DNA of 64,000 nucleotides. Source: a virus. Where the stretch lies: IMG/VR virus record IMGVR_UViG_3300020416_000002. One strand, written 5' to 3'. Positions 10,395-20,163 of the stretch are shown piece after piece (position 1 is the stretch's first letter; every line of letters begins with the position of its first letter). Under the pieces are notes generated by a model. That model saw only the letters and a program-made list of their open reading frames with translations. It searched no databases and was not told the origin of the DNA. The position numbers were made by a program, and so were the translations under genes.

Positions 10395-11111
10395 CTAGTT
10401 GAAAAAAGCTGCTAATCCCTCAAGTGGAATAGTGCTCTCTACTTTTGTAACGGGATTGACAACTGTGACTTCATGATACAATCTGGGCATAGTAGCAAAA
10501 AATTTCTCTAGTTTTTTAAATTGCATTGATCCCAGTCCTTCTAGGAATTCAACCATTTCTTTGTGAGTAAAATCAGTTGACTTCCAAGTTTCTTCATCAT
10601 TGTAGATCATATCAACACAATCAGCGATCATATCAAATGATTGATCAAATCCAATATTTTCTATATCAAAGTTATCTTTAATAAATTGATCTAGTGATGG
10701 ATACCTCATTTTCATAGTAAGGGTATCATCTAATTTGATTTCTGGATCATGCTCTGGATCACGAATCACTCTAATCTCATCAAGGTTGACTGACATGTCT
10801 ACCTGAGTCTTACCGTCATCAGGACAAGTAACTTTAATCTCGACAGACTCACCAACTGACTTTCCTCTAACATTTAAGAAGAGATACTCAATATCAAATG
10901 TGGATAATTTATCAACTTTGATACCTCTAGTGAGGATACAGTTGTTTAAGACTTGTTTAACTGCAGTAGCAATATCTTTGATATCATTGCTCTCCATTGC
11001 AATAACAAGGATTTTTTCTTCTTTAACAAGAAAAGGTCTATATCTAACTTTTTTATTAGACGAAGGCAACACCAACTCATAAGTTGGAGAATTAATCTGG
11101 GGTAATGGCAT
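10395..11111 (-). CDS. gp26: baseplate hub subunit gp26
   Basis: MPLPQINSPTYELVLPSS..YRPFLVKEEKIL; FDIEYLFLNVRGKSVGE. Confidence 0.92.
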   Translation of the reverse strand: MPLPQINSPTYELVLPSSNKKVRYRPFLVKEEKILVIAMESNDIKDIATAVKQVLNNCILTRGIKVDKLSTFDIEYLFLNVRGKSVGESVEIKVTCPDDGKTQVDMSVNLDEIRVIRDPEHDPEIKLDDTLTMKMRYPSLDQFIKDNFDIENIGFDQSFDMIADCVDMIYNDEETWKSTDFTHKEMVEFLEGLGSMQFKKLEKFFATMPRLYHEVTVVNPVTKVESTIPLEGLAAFFN

Positions 11112-11133
11112 AATAATTTTATCAGTGGCTTAT

Positions 11134-11955
11134 TTAGGCGTTAAATCTAACGGATTCTTCAGGATTAAAACCTAGAGCAATATTTGTTGATGCTGGTACT
11201 ACTGGGAAGTCACCAATAATTTCCTCCTCAACAGAATCGTTATTAGATAAATCAGCACCAGTAGTGATAGGAGTTGGAATACTAAAGTCGTTCATTAGTC
11301 CGATACGCTTACGCGATCTACTATCAAACGCTCCAAAGAAGTAACGATCATAGGCGAATGTTACTGTACATTCTAGCACCCTATTACCATTATAGGCAAC
11401 GGGCATTGAAGTTACATTAACGGGGAATGCATTTAAGAAGGTATACTCTATACTTCTAAAATGATCTTTACCAAACTTCTGTACCTTAATACTATCACAT
11501 TTATACTCATTAGGATACTGCATACGATGATAATATCCTTGCTCTACTTTATCGTTAATAGATCCCTCGGCACCCATATCAGCACCAGACGCTATAAAGT
11601 CTTGCCATAACTCAAAAAATTGCAATACTCTATAATCAGTATCAACATAAAAAGTAAGATTAGTATCAGTATATACTCTAGTATGAGCAAACTTCTCAGT
11701 GATACCAATTCTATTACCTTCAATCTGTGCCGTACCAAAACTGGTTGCTGGTAATTGTGCTTGACTACAAAGCAATCCTAGATCTCTAGTAATAAAAAAG
11801 TTACTAACAAGAGGTGCTCTGGTTGTGATATGTCCACGCAGTCTAGTCAATGCACCAAACCCACTGAAGAATACTTCATAATGGTTGGTGGTCTCAACTT
11901 TTTGGAACAGTCTTCTTATCTGTTCCGTTTTCTTCTTTCTTGGATAAATGGGCAC
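11134..11955 (-). CDS. tail tube-like protein (gp19/gp54 family)
   Basis: LCSQAQLP, LTFYVD, YTFLNAFP, TVTFAY motifs. Confidence 0.7.
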   Translation of the reverse strand: MPIYPRKKKTEQIRRLFQKVETTNHYEVFFSGFGALTRLRGHITTRAPLVSNFFITRDLGLLCSQAQLPATSFGTAQIEGNRIGITEKFAHTRVYTDTNLTFYVDTDYRVLQFFELWQDFIASGADMGAEGSINDKVEQGYYHRMQYPNEYKCDSIKVQKFGKDHFRSIEYTFLNAFPVNVTSMPVAYNGNRVLECTVTFAYDRYFFGAFDSRSRKRIGLMNDFSIPTPITTGADLSNNDSVEEEIIGDFPVVPASTNIALGFNPEESVRFNA

Positions 11956-11989
11956 AATAAATACCTAAAGATTATCGTTATGGTACAAC

Positions 11990-12421
11990 ATGGCATATTC
12001 AGGTAAGTTTAGACCTACAAATGTACAAAAATATCGAGGGGACTACCGTAATATTATTTATCGCAGTTTGTGGGAAAGAAAATTTATGAAATATTGTGAT
12101 AAAAATGAGAATATTATTGAATGGGGTAGTGAAGAGATTATAATCCCATACCGTTCTCCTTTAGATAACAGGTTACATAGGTATTATCCAGATTTTTATA
12201 TAAAGGTAAGATCTAGGACTGGTATTAAAAAAATGATTATTGAAATTAAACCTAAAAAGCAGTGCCTTGAACCAAAACCTCAAAAGAGAAAGACTAAAAC
12301 ATATATTAGAGAGGTAATGGAATATAGTAAAAACCAAGCAAAATGGCATGCTGCTAGAGATTATTGTCTAGATAGACGCATGGAGTTTAAAGTATTTACG
12401 GAGGAACATTTAGGTGTCTAG
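11990..12421 (+). CDS. gp4: head completion nuclease gp4
   Basis: YRSLWERKFM, WGSEEIIIPY, HRYYPDF, IEIKP. Confidence 0.92.
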   Translation: MAYSGKFRPTNVQKYRGDYRNIIYRSLWERKFMKYCDKNENIIEWGSEEIIIPYRSPLDNRLHRYYPDFYIKVRSRTGIKKMIIEIKPKKQCLEPKPQKRKTKTYIREVMEYSKNQAKWHAARDYCLDRRMEFKVFTEEHLGV

Positions 12422-12764
12422 GCTACAGGAGGTTGTAGACAAAGCAACTGGACTAAGAAGTCCAGATGATATTATGGAGGAAATTTTAGTGGCACTTACT
12501 GACACTAAAAGAATACTTCCAGAGATAGGAAAATATTATACATTTGTATACCTAGCAAAAACACCTGGCATAGAATATGATGAGTTTCCTCTAATAGCAT
12601 GCATGGAATTGGAGAGATGGGGAATAAAAGGATTTAACTATCATTGGGGCAAAATGAGAAATTATACATGGGAGGAGGTGATTGGTGAGTTCTATGAAGT
12701 GCTACCAATAGAGGTGAATGACGCAAGAAATCTAAAATATGCAAAATTCAAGCTAAATACATAA
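12414..12764 (+). CDS. gp2-like DNA end protector
   Basis: GKYYTFVYLAKTPGIEYDEFPLI, GFNYHW; position after gp4. Confidence 0.55.
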   Translation: MSRLQEVVDKATGLRSPDDIMEEILVALTDTKRILPEIGKYYTFVYLAKTPGIEYDEFPLIACMELERWGIKGFNYHWGKMRNYTWEEVIGEFYEVLPIEVNDARNLKYAKFKLNT

Positions 12765-12779
12765 AAATACCTCTGTGTA

Positions 12780-13802
12780 ATGGCGATTTTAGAAGGAACA
12801 TCATTTTTTCAAGAGAGTCTTAGCAATTTAACTAGTTCTGGTAGCAATGCTGGCACTAATGCACCTCCTGCAGAACCATTGAGGTATCCTATTGACATGA
12901 TTGCAGAGACTACTGACTATTTTAAATTAGATATTCTTGAGTATCCAAGAAACGGAGGAGGAACTGCTGGATTTTCAGCTTTACAGGAAGGTGATAAATT
13001 ATCAACGATAAGATCAAGTGAGGTTACTGATGTTGCTGCAAAAGCAAGAGCAAAACAAACAATTATTCTCCCTATACCTCAAAGTGTAAAAGATACGAAT
13101 GGTGCTGGTTGGAGAGAGGATCAATTGAATGATGTAAATGCACTTCTCGCTCAAGGTGGCATCAATCTTATGGAGTCTTCTGCATTTGGATTAAATACCA
13201 TCGCTAATGCATTTGCAAATCCAAGTAAAGCAGGCAACCAAGTAAAAAGTCAATTTTCCGATTTAGCTAATTCTGGAAGAGCACAAGGATTGGTTGATTT
13301 AATTAAAGCAAGAGCTGCTGCATCAACTGCAAATCTTGTAGGTGGTAATGTATCAGCAAATGGATTATTATCAAGGGCAACTGGACAAATTGTCAATCAA
13401 AATACTGAAGTATTATTTAACTCTGTTAAATTAAGAGGATTTGATTTTGGTTGGGATCTTACTCCTAGAAGTCAAACTGAAGGTATTATGTGTGGCAAAA
13501 TCATTAAGATGTTAAAAAAATCTTTGTCGCCAAAATTTGATAGGGCAAACCCAACTGGATTTTTAAATGCTCCTGACATATTCAGGATTACATATATGAA
13601 AGGGAGTGGTGAACATCCATTCTTAAATAAGTTTAAGGCACTTGCATTAAAAAATATGAGCATGAACTATACTGGTTCAAATACATACGCAACATATAGC
13701 GATGGAACTCCTATTCATATGCAGTTACAACTCACATTTATGGAACTTAATCCTATCTACTCTGAGGATTATGCTGGTACAACTAACGGAGTTGGATTCT
13801 AA
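12780..13802 (+). CDS. gp48: baseplate tail tube cap gp48
   Basis: LRYP, IILPIP, NQNTEVLF, LTFMELNPIY. Confidence 0.88.
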   Translation: MAILEGTSFFQESLSNLTSSGSNAGTNAPPAEPLRYPIDMIAETTDYFKLDILEYPRNGGGTAGFSALQEGDKLSTIRSSEVTDVAAKARAKQTIILPIPQSVKDTNGAGWREDQLNDVNALLAQGGINLMESSAFGLNTIANAFANPSKAGNQVKSQFSDLANSGRAQGLVDLIKARAAASTANLVGGNVSANGLLSRATGQIVNQNTEVLFNSVKLRGFDFGWDLTPRSQTEGIMCGKIIKMLKKSLSPKFDRANPTGFLNAPDIFRITYMKGSGEHPFLNKFKALALKNMSMNYTGSNTYATYSDGTPIHMQLQLTFMELNPIYSEDYAGTTNGVGF

Positions 13803-14437
13803 TGGCAAATCATTACTTTAAAAGTTTACCTGACATACAGTACAGGAACCCTCTCAAGACTAGTAATACTCTTGACAATTATGTCACTGCAAAAAATTTA
13901 TTTGTCAGAGCAAAAGTTAGAGATGATATTATCCCTTCAATCACTTTCTTAAGATCTTATACTATTGAGGACGGTGAAAGACCACAAGATGTTGCAGAGA
14001 GATTGTATGGTGATCCACTGTATGATTGGGTTGTTCTAATAACTGCCAACATAATCAATGTCAGACAAGATTGGCCAATGAGTAGTAGGAATTTATACAA
14101 TTATTCTGTTAACAAATATGGTGGTGATCTAAACGCAACTAGAAACTATGAAACAGTTGAGGTTAAAGATAAGAATGGTAGATTAGTGTTACCTGCAGGA
14201 TTATCAGTTGACAAGAACTTTAGTATACCTGACCCTGACTCATTTAATATTACTCTTAATCCAGTTCTAGGCATTACAAATTTTCTAGCAGAGACTAGAC
14301 TAAATGAAAAGAAACGAAATATTAAATTAATGAGAAAAGAATTTCTCACACAATTCTTGTTGGATCATAAAAATGCAGTCGAGTATAAACCATCCTCGCA
14401 GTTTAAGTCTCGCAATTTAAAACAAGCAACTGGATAA
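13802..14437 (+). CDS. gp53: baseplate wedge gp53
   Basis: YTIEDGERPQDVAERLYGDPLYDWVVLITANI (LysM-like). Confidence 0.9.
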   Translation: MANHYFKSLPDIQYRNPLKTSNTLDNYVTAKNLFVRAKVRDDIIPSITFLRSYTIEDGERPQDVAERLYGDPLYDWVVLITANIINVRQDWPMSSRNLYNYSVNKYGGDLNATRNYETVEVKDKNGRLVLPAGLSVDKNFSIPDPDSFNITLNPVLGITNFLAETRLNEKKRNIKLMRKEFLTQFLLDHKNAVEYKPSSQFKSRNLKQATG

Positions 14438-15040
14438 TTATCTTAATTTAGGACCACTTGCCCATCCAACCAACACATATCTCACACCTTTTGTTATTGG
14501 GTTTGCTTTATGTGGGCATCGAGAGTCAAATACAACACAAGCACCTTTCTTAGCGGGAATGGTGCAATATTTGTTGTAGTAATCTACAATGACTAACTCT
14601 CCTCCCTCATAATCCTCTGGATCTGAGAGTTGAACACTCATGGATAATTTTCTCCAAACTTTTTTGTTAGGAGCTACACCATAGTCACAATGCCAATCAA
14701 ATCTACCGCCAGGTTTATATCTTAACACTTGAAACTCAAAAGTATTGATGTCAAACTGATATTGTTTAAAATTAATTCTAGTGAGGATTGATTCTCCGAT
14801 TAACTCAACATCAGTTCCCCTCCTAGGTGGATGAACATCACAAACTCTAAAATCTTCTCTAGAGTCGCCAGGAATTTTCTCAGGAATCCAATATTCCTCA
14901 GTATCTGGGATTTCTTCAATATATCTTGTTAATCTATCTTTTGCTTCATCATTTAGAGCAAACAGATAAAAAGGGTCTTCATGAGACCGATTCATTTCAT
15001 CTCTTTCTGCTGCTCTCTCAGAGAGAGTTTTTGTTTTCAT
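14438..15040 (-). CDS. 2OG-Fe(II) oxygenase
   Basis: FDWHCD, RKLSMSVQLSDPEDYEGGEL, HKANPITKGVRYVLVGW. Confidence 0.9.
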   Translation of the reverse strand: MKTKTLSERAAERDEMNRSHEDPFYLFALNDEAKDRLTRYIEEIPDTEEYWIPEKIPGDSREDFRVCDVHPPRRGTDVELIGESILTRINFKQYQFDINTFEFQVLRYKPGGRFDWHCDYGVAPNKKVWRKLSMSVQLSDPEDYEGGELVIVDYYNKYCTIPAKKGACVVFDSRCPHKANPITKGVRYVLVGWASGPKLR

Positions 15041-15042
15041 AA

Positions 15043-15447
15043 TTAAAGAAGTGCTTCAAGTTGTGATACAGAAGTGGCGTTAGTAATGGTATTATATGGT
15101 ACTGTGGGGTTTGATTTAAGTGATGCAGATTCACCCCTCATATCTGCTATTGATTGAATATCTTCATTCTCTTTTTTAATTGAGAGATATCTACTCTCCA
15201 AAATTTCTTTGGTAATAGTCTTTGCATCATCTAATTCAGCAATGACATTTTTACTGTCATGGTAATACTTCCATGCTGATCTAAATGCAGTATTTGGTAG
15301 TTCAGATGCATCAATTAAAGAATACTCTGATGCAGTAATATCCTTTGCAATGATGGCATCATCAGATAGAGTGCAATCCACTGTAGGAATCACAACTCTA
15401 CACTTTCCATCTACGCCATTAAAGACTATGACTTTATCTCTTGCCAT
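15043..15447 (-). CDS. putative tail-fibre assembly/chaperone-like protein
   Basis: IIAKDI..YSLIDASELP..FRSAW pattern. Confidence 0.45.
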   Translation of the reverse strand: MARDKVIVFNGVDGKCRVVIPTVDCTLSDDAIIAKDITASEYSLIDASELPNTAFRSAWKYYHDSKNVIAELDDAKTITKEILESRYLSIKKENEDIQSIADMRGESASLKSNPTVPYNTITNATSVSQLEALL

Positions 15448-15617
15448 TATGAATTAGCAGCAGCAGTAATTACAATACTCTGTGCCCAAGGATAAGCGAT
15501 TGAGATTTTATTTCTAGCGTCGGTATCATCCTTCGCATATACATCTGCTCTAGTAGTGTTGGTATTATTACCATCATCAAAAGTGGCAGTGTAGTGATCT
15601 CCTTTGTATGCAGCCAT
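15447..15617 (-). CDS. hypothetical protein (56 aa, not in ORF track)
   Basis: MAAYKGDHYTATFDDGNNTNTTRADVYAKDD...; TAATG coupling; late promoter upstream. Confidence 0.7.
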   Translation of the reverse strand: MAAYKGDHYTATFDDGNNTNTTRADVYAKDDTDARNKISIAYPWAQSIVITAAANS

Positions 15618-15636
15618 TATTCTAGTTTAAGTAAAC

Positions 15637-15662
15637 AAAAAAGAGGGAGTTACCTCCCTCTT
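15637..15662 (-). terminator. intrinsic terminator after gp32
   Basis: GAGGGAG-GTAA-CTCCCTC hairpin followed by T-tract on minus strand. Confidence 0.8.
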
Positions 15663-15669
15663 ATTTATA
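15662..15669 (-). promoter_or_regulatory. T4-type late promoter TATAAATA
   Basis: Exact consensus on minus strand. Confidence 0.7.
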
Positions 15670-16542
15670 TCATTCTTCCGCAAGACGCTGGAAGTATGCT
15701 AGTGCATCATCCTCGCTCTCTTTAGCGGTAAGTTGTTTTACTGGTTCTTGTGTTCTCTCTTCTATCTCATCCTCAATAGATTCATCATACGCTACAGGTT
15801 GTGCAGATGGGATCTTAAGAACAGCGTCAAGACGCTTCTTGAGATCTTCGTATGGTTTGAATTTATCAGTAGAGATCAATTCTGCAAGAGAATATTCCTT
15901 CTTCCAAAGTGCTTCAAGTGCGTCATCATCTTCCAAGAGAGCACCTTGCTTAGCAAACTCTGAAGAGTCGTAGTTCCAGTAACCAGCGACTTTCTTGATC
16001 TTGATCTTAAAGTCTGCTCCTTGCCAGAAGTCAAAAGGATTGATAGGTGACTCATCCTCAAACTCTGGTTGCATAGCACCCATGATTTTGTCAAAAATCT
16101 TTTTACCGTATTTGTATAGAAAAACTTTTCCCTCATTTTGAGGATTGGCAGGATCCTTAACAATATAGATGTTGCTATAGTAGGAAAGTTTACGCTTTTG
16201 TTTACGAGCGATTTCTTTGTCAGAGTCAACCCCACTGTTCCAGAGTCGAGTATTGTACTCAGATACTGGATCTTTACCATTAAGAGTAGTAAGACTATTC
16301 TCAATGTACCATCCGCCTGGTCCTTGGAAGGCATGTGAATACAATTTTACCCAAGGAAGGTCTTCACCATCAGGTGCAGGAAGGAATCGAACAACTGCGT
16401 ATCCGTTACCTGCTTTATCAACTTCAGGTTTCCAGAGACGCTCGTCTCCTTGATTAGGGGAATTAGATTTCTCAACTTCTTTAACCAGTTTTGCGGTCAA
16501 AGAACCGAGAGATGATTGCTTTTTAAGCGATGCAAAAGACAT
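15670..16542 (-). CDS. gp32: single-stranded DNA-binding protein gp32
   Basis: Start MSFASLKKQ; GNGYAVVRFLP, WYIENS, YWNYDSSEF; acidic tail. Confidence 0.97.
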   Translation of the reverse strand: MSFASLKKQSSLGSLTAKLVKEVEKSNSPNQGDERLWKPEVDKAGNGYAVVRFLPAPDGEDLPWVKLYSHAFQGPGGWYIENSLTTLNGKDPVSEYNTRLWNSGVDSDKEIARKQKRKLSYYSNIYIVKDPANPQNEGKVFLYKYGKKIFDKIMGAMQPEFEDESPINPFDFWQGADFKIKIKKVAGYWNYDSSEFAKQGALLEDDDALEALWKKEYSLAELISTDKFKPYEDLKKRLDAVLKIPSAQPVAYDESIEDEIEERTQEPVKQLTAKESEDDALAYFQRLAEE

Positions 16543-16585
16543 AAGATTTGGCCTGTGTAATTGGATTTGGCTTGTGTACTGGTCT

Positions 16586-16614
16586 ATTATAGGGCGACAG
16601 TGCTCCCATGTCAA
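16586..16614 (-). promoter_or_regulatory. sigma70-type early promoter of gp32
   Basis: TTGACA-17 nt-TATAAT exact. Confidence 0.85.
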
Positions 16615-16953
16615 TTATTTTCCGTCTTTAAGACCCTGCCTTACTTTATCTAAAGTCTTTCTCATATTAGAGAAAAGGACATTACAATCAACATCCTTTG
16701 GAAATCCCATCAGAATAGCAGAGTCCCTTACATTCTGTGCTACCTCAGCAGCACGAGGATCATCAGACAATTTCATGCGAGTATAAAGAATTTGCTGTTT
16801 ATCTAAAAGTTCATCGAGTAATTCAAGATGATCTATTTGTTCATCAAGGGGAAGTTCTGGAAATTTAAAGACTTGAGAATATACCTCTTCCTGCATTTCA
16901 TTGATAATATCCATTTCCTCCTTAACTATATCGCTATCGAAAAAATTAGACAT
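16615..16953 (-). CDS. DUF1825-like cyanobacterial/cyanophage protein
   Basis: FFDSDIV..E, RMKLSDDPRA. Confidence 0.75.
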   Translation of the reverse strand: MSNFFDSDIVKEEMDIINEMQEEVYSQVFKFPELPLDEQIDHLELLDELLDKQQILYTRMKLSDDPRAAEVAQNVRDSAILMGFPKDVDCNVLFSNMRKTLDKVRQGLKDGK

Positions 16954-16995
16954 GAATCTCCGTTCTGTAATACTATTTATGTTGATTATACCATA

Positions 16996-17250
16996 TTAAA
17001 GAGGGAGTTTGGCACGAGTGGTTTTCTTCATAAAGTTCAGTTGTTGGGCATCACATTTCAATTTTTCCTTAAGTGGTTTAGAAATCAGTTTAGTTACTGA
17101 GTCTAATTCAATACTGTGCTCGTCACAAAACAAAATAACTGCATCAATGTAGTTGATTTTCTCAACTTTGACAAGTTTTTCAATTTCAACGGCAAATTTT
17201 GCTGCTGTCATAAACTTTTTATTCAGTGCTGTTGTAAATTCATTTTCCAT
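16996..17250 (-). CDS. gp33: late promoter transcription coactivator gp33
   Basis: NYIDAV, KLISKPLKEKLKCDAQQLNF. Confidence 0.9.
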   Translation of the reverse strand: MENEFTTALNKKFMTAAKFAVEIEKLVKVEKINYIDAVILFCDEHSIELDSVTKLISKPLKEKLKCDAQQLNFMKKTTRAKLPL

Positions 17251-17917
17251 GTAATTCTAGTTGATAGTTTAAGAAGTTTTCTATGTAAGAAACTAGTAGG
17301 TTCATATATTTTTTCTTATCGTATTCTTCATAAACTACACACTCGCCGTCTTCACATGCCATGATAATGACAAGTTTTTTAACTGGAGTACCTGTTAGTT
17401 CATAATACATGCATGCATATGCTGCTGCCTGTACAAAGTACCCTTCAATCCAACTCCTAGGTTTTGGTGCCTTAGATGTTTTAAAGTCAATAACAGATAA
17501 TTCTCCGTTATATTCTCCAATGCAGTCTACAGTACCAGCAACTCCAAGTTGTTTACTATAAAGAGCACCCTCTAGAGTGTGGATATTGTCAATCTTATTA
17601 AGAGTGGGTTTAGCAATCTTAAATAAGAACTCTGAAATGGGACGCACTTCAGGTAAATCCTCATTTTTTAAATAATGCTCTGTAAGAGTGTGCATGTCGG
17701 TGCCACGACTAGTTGCCTTACGAGTAATCTCGTTTGCCTTGTCTTCACCGACTCTTTTTCTCCATTTAGCAAATTTTGCTCTATTATAATGACTCGTGAC
17801 AGATGTGATAGAAACTAATTTTAGTAGTTCATCTTCATCTGGAACCGAGTAATAACGAACTCCATCAATAGTTTCTCTCTCCAATGGAGAAAGATCTACA
17901 TCTACATGATTAAACAT
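17240..17917 (-). CDS. PD-(D/E)XK exonuclease
   Basis: RGTDMH, AGTVDCI, IDFKTS, YFVQAAAYA. Confidence 0.88.
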   Translation of the reverse strand: MFNHVDVDLSPLERETIDGVRYYSVPDEDELLKLVSITSVTSHYNRAKFAKWRKRVGEDKANEITRKATSRGTDMHTLTEHYLKNEDLPEVRPISEFLFKIAKPTLNKIDNIHTLEGALYSKQLGVAGTVDCIGEYNGELSVIDFKTSKAPKPRSWIEGYFVQAAAYACMYYELTGTPVKKLVIIMACEDGECVVYEEYDKKKYMNLLVSYIENFLNYQLELHGK

Positions 17918-18672
17918 TACATACTCAAAGCGTGTTTAGTAATTAGATATTCTTTACAAAGACCTGAACGAACGATGTCTTCAAGACCAAATTCAATACA
18001 TGAGAATGAAGGCATTTGCTGTAAGATATTCATAAAATCAAGGATACCATTTCTCTCTTTATCTCGTGTGAGATCAGATTGAGTAGCATCACCACAGAAG
18101 TGAATTTTTGTATCCTCTCCTACTCTTGTTATTATACTATCTAATTCGTGAAAATTCAAGTTTTGACACTCGTCAACAATAACAATAGCATTATCAAGAG
18201 TTGTACCTCTTATAAAAGATGTACTCCAAAAAGAAATAGTCTCCTGAGTTTTAAGATTGCCATAAAGCATCTCAAAATCAGCATCGGAGTTCATCTCAAA
18301 CATATACTTTACCATATTCTTGTAAGGAATTTGATAAAGTGCGGATTTGTCCTCATGGTCACCAGGTAGGAAACCAATTTCCCTAGTGGATACCAAAGAA
18401 CGCACAATGTAAATTTTTTGGTATGGAGTTGTTTCATCCAATACCTCTTTTATGGCATTATATAATGTAATAAAAGTTTTACCAGTACCTGCACAACCAT
18501 ATACAAAAAGATTCTTTCCTGCTTTATAATCATCAAACAACTTTCTCTGATTGTCAGTCAGTGGTTGTATGTCTGTGAGAAAATCATTGTTGATTGGTTT
18601 TTTCCGACGCATTTGTTTTGCCGAATGTCCAATCCCAATAATTGCACCTGCAGTTTTTCTTTTTCTTGGCAT
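17917..18672 (-). CDS. phoH: PhoH-family ATPase
   Basis: GCAGTGKT, GFLPGD, RGTTLDNAIVIVDECQN, GDATQSD. Confidence 0.96.
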   Translation of the reverse strand: MPRKRKTAGAIIGIGHSAKQMRRKKPINNDFLTDIQPLTDNQRKLFDDYKAGKNLFVYGCAGTGKTFITLYNAIKEVLDETTPYQKIYIVRSLVSTREIGFLPGDHEDKSALYQIPYKNMVKYMFEMNSDADFEMLYGNLKTQETISFWSTSFIRGTTLDNAIVIVDECQNLNFHELDSIITRVGEDTKIHFCGDATQSDLTRDKERNGILDFMNILQQMPSFSCIEFGLEDIVRSGLCKEYLITKHALSM

Positions 18673-18673
18673 A

Positions 18674-18928
18674 TTAGTCTAAAGTGAGTTTTTGGCGATT
18701 TTGACCTGTTTTTTGAGCTCTTCCTAAGATCTCATTCCAACCAGGTTTGGATTTTCTGAGTTTGTCTTTCCACTCTCCAACTTCTCCTACACCAGGCATC
18801 GTTGATGGATCAGACCAATCCCTTTTCCAATCGGGATTATCCTCACACCACTTAGACCATTCTGTGATACTCATTGCAACTTCTTTCTGTTCGCCAGTCT
18901 CTTTGTTAATTACAGGATAAGTAGCCAT
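18674..18928 (-). CDS. conserved T4-like cyanophage protein
   Basis: MATYPVINKETGEQKEV; usual position between thyX and phoH. Confidence 0.7.
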   Translation of the reverse strand: MATYPVINKETGEQKEVAMSITEWSKWCEDNPDWKRDWSDPSTMPGVGEVGEWKDKLRKSKPGWNEILGRAQKTGQNRQKLTLD

Positions 18929-18951
18929 AAAAGTTTACAAGGTAGTTTTAT

Positions 18952-19587
18952 TTAGACCCACTCCAATGCCTCTGCACAAGTTGGGAATTGTTCGGTAAAT
19001 ACTGTTTTACACTCATTAGCAATATCCATATGCTCTTTTTGAGTGCCATTTGCAGTTCTTAGTTCAATATAATGAATCCATGAACGACATGAACCTGTCA
19101 TGTAGATTTTAGTCGGAGTTGCTAACGGGAGAACAAATCTCGCACATTCCTTCGCAATGCCCTCACGGATAAGTTCATTGTATAGATCAGTTGCCTGAAC
19201 GAAATGCCTTTGAATAATTTTTTGAAGTTGTTCCTTCTGACTCTGCGAGATATCATCGATAGAATTTTGTCTATTTTTACTGTCCTGCCTCCTAAGTTCG
19301 GGTACAGGAATATTTGTTGCTAATAAATTAGCATCTGCATAGCGTTGTGAAAACTCTTGGAATGTAAAACTACGATGTCTTAAAATTTGTGCTGCAATAC
19401 CTCTGGTAGTTTCAATTTCAAGCGTCATAAACGCTTGCTCAAATACAGACCAGTGGTTATGTTTGATGCAATATTTTAAAAGTCCAGCGTAATTAGGATT
19501 CTCTTGATTATTCGGATTTGATACTCTGGCAACATATGCCATGAGTTTTTCCGCATCAGGTGTTGCCTGAATCAGGTTTACTGTCAT
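18952..19587 (-). CDS. thyX: FAD-dependent thymidylate synthase
   Basis: QILRHRSFTFQEFSQRY signature. Confidence 0.96.
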   Translation of the reverse strand: MTVNLIQATPDAEKLMAYVARVSNPNNQENPNYAGLLKYCIKHNHWSVFEQAFMTLEIETTRGIAAQILRHRSFTFQEFSQRYADANLLATNIPVPELRRQDSKNRQNSIDDISQSQKEQLQKIIQRHFVQATDLYNELIREGIAKECARFVLPLATPTKIYMTGSCRSWIHYIELRTANGTQKEHMDIANECKTVFTEQFPTCAEALEWV

Positions 19588-19732
19588 CCTGTAGTCTTCT
19601 CAATTGTTTTAATTTAAGTTGTGCCTTTGCTCTCTTTTTTGCCCTACGCATATAAGAAAGTTCAGACTCAGTATACATTTCAGGGTTTTTTAACGCTTTC
19701 TTCACCAGTTTGATGGTGTCTTTTAGTCTCAT
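19556..19732 (-). CDS. small basic hypothetical protein (58 aa, not in ORF track)
   Basis: MRLKDTIKLVKKALKNPEMYTESELSYMRRAKKRAK... Confidence 0.65.
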   Translation of the reverse strand: MRLKDTIKLVKKALKNPEMYTESELSYMRRAKKRAKAQLKLKQLRRLQDDSKPDSGNT

Positions 19733-19916
19733 AGTACCTTTTGTAAAAACTTACTAATTTTTCAGTATTGCTGTTTCCTTGCGAAATCCAGTCATGAGCA
19801 CATTCGTAGATTGATTGTGCATGATAACCTTTACAACCATATTTAGTTAGTAGTAGTTTAAGGCACTCTTGTCTGAGTTTCATTTTTTGCGGTGTGTACC
19901 GCCAATCATCAGACAT
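19680..19916 (-). CDS. hypothetical protein
   Basis: Likely start MSDDWRY; SIYECAHDW. Confidence 0.65.
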   Translation of the reverse strand: MSDDWRYTPQKMKLRQECLKLLLTKYGCKGYHAQSIYECAHDWISQGNSNTEKLVSFYKRYYETKRHHQTGEESVKKP

Positions 19917-20163
19917 AACTTGACACACAATCATCATCCTTAACATAACAAGGTACACCTGCAGGGTCTAACCATTTGGTGTATTCAAAATCCTCGATAG
20001 CATAATCTAACTGGACTTGATTGTCACATAGGTACATATCCCTGTATCGATTAGTATACTCATCGATTTTTTGGATACGAAAATCAGGTTTTCCGTTAAT
20101 CTCCAATGTACCACACTGGACATAACGATAGGGATACCTCTCAAGGATAACGGTAGGTTTCAT
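19909..20163 (-). CDS. conserved cyanophage hypothetical protein
   Basis: 84 aa; ERYPYRYV, KWLDPAGVPCY. Confidence 0.7.
   Translation of the reverse strand: MKPTVILERYPYRYVQCGTLEINGKPDFRIQKIDEYTNRYRDMYLCDNQVQLDYAIEDFEYTKWLDPAGVPCYVKDDDCVSSYV

Noticed and set aside
17240-17917. Cas4-like nuclease suggesting CRISPR
   Set aside because: Core cyanophage exonuclease beside phoH; no repeat-spacer array or cas genes seen.
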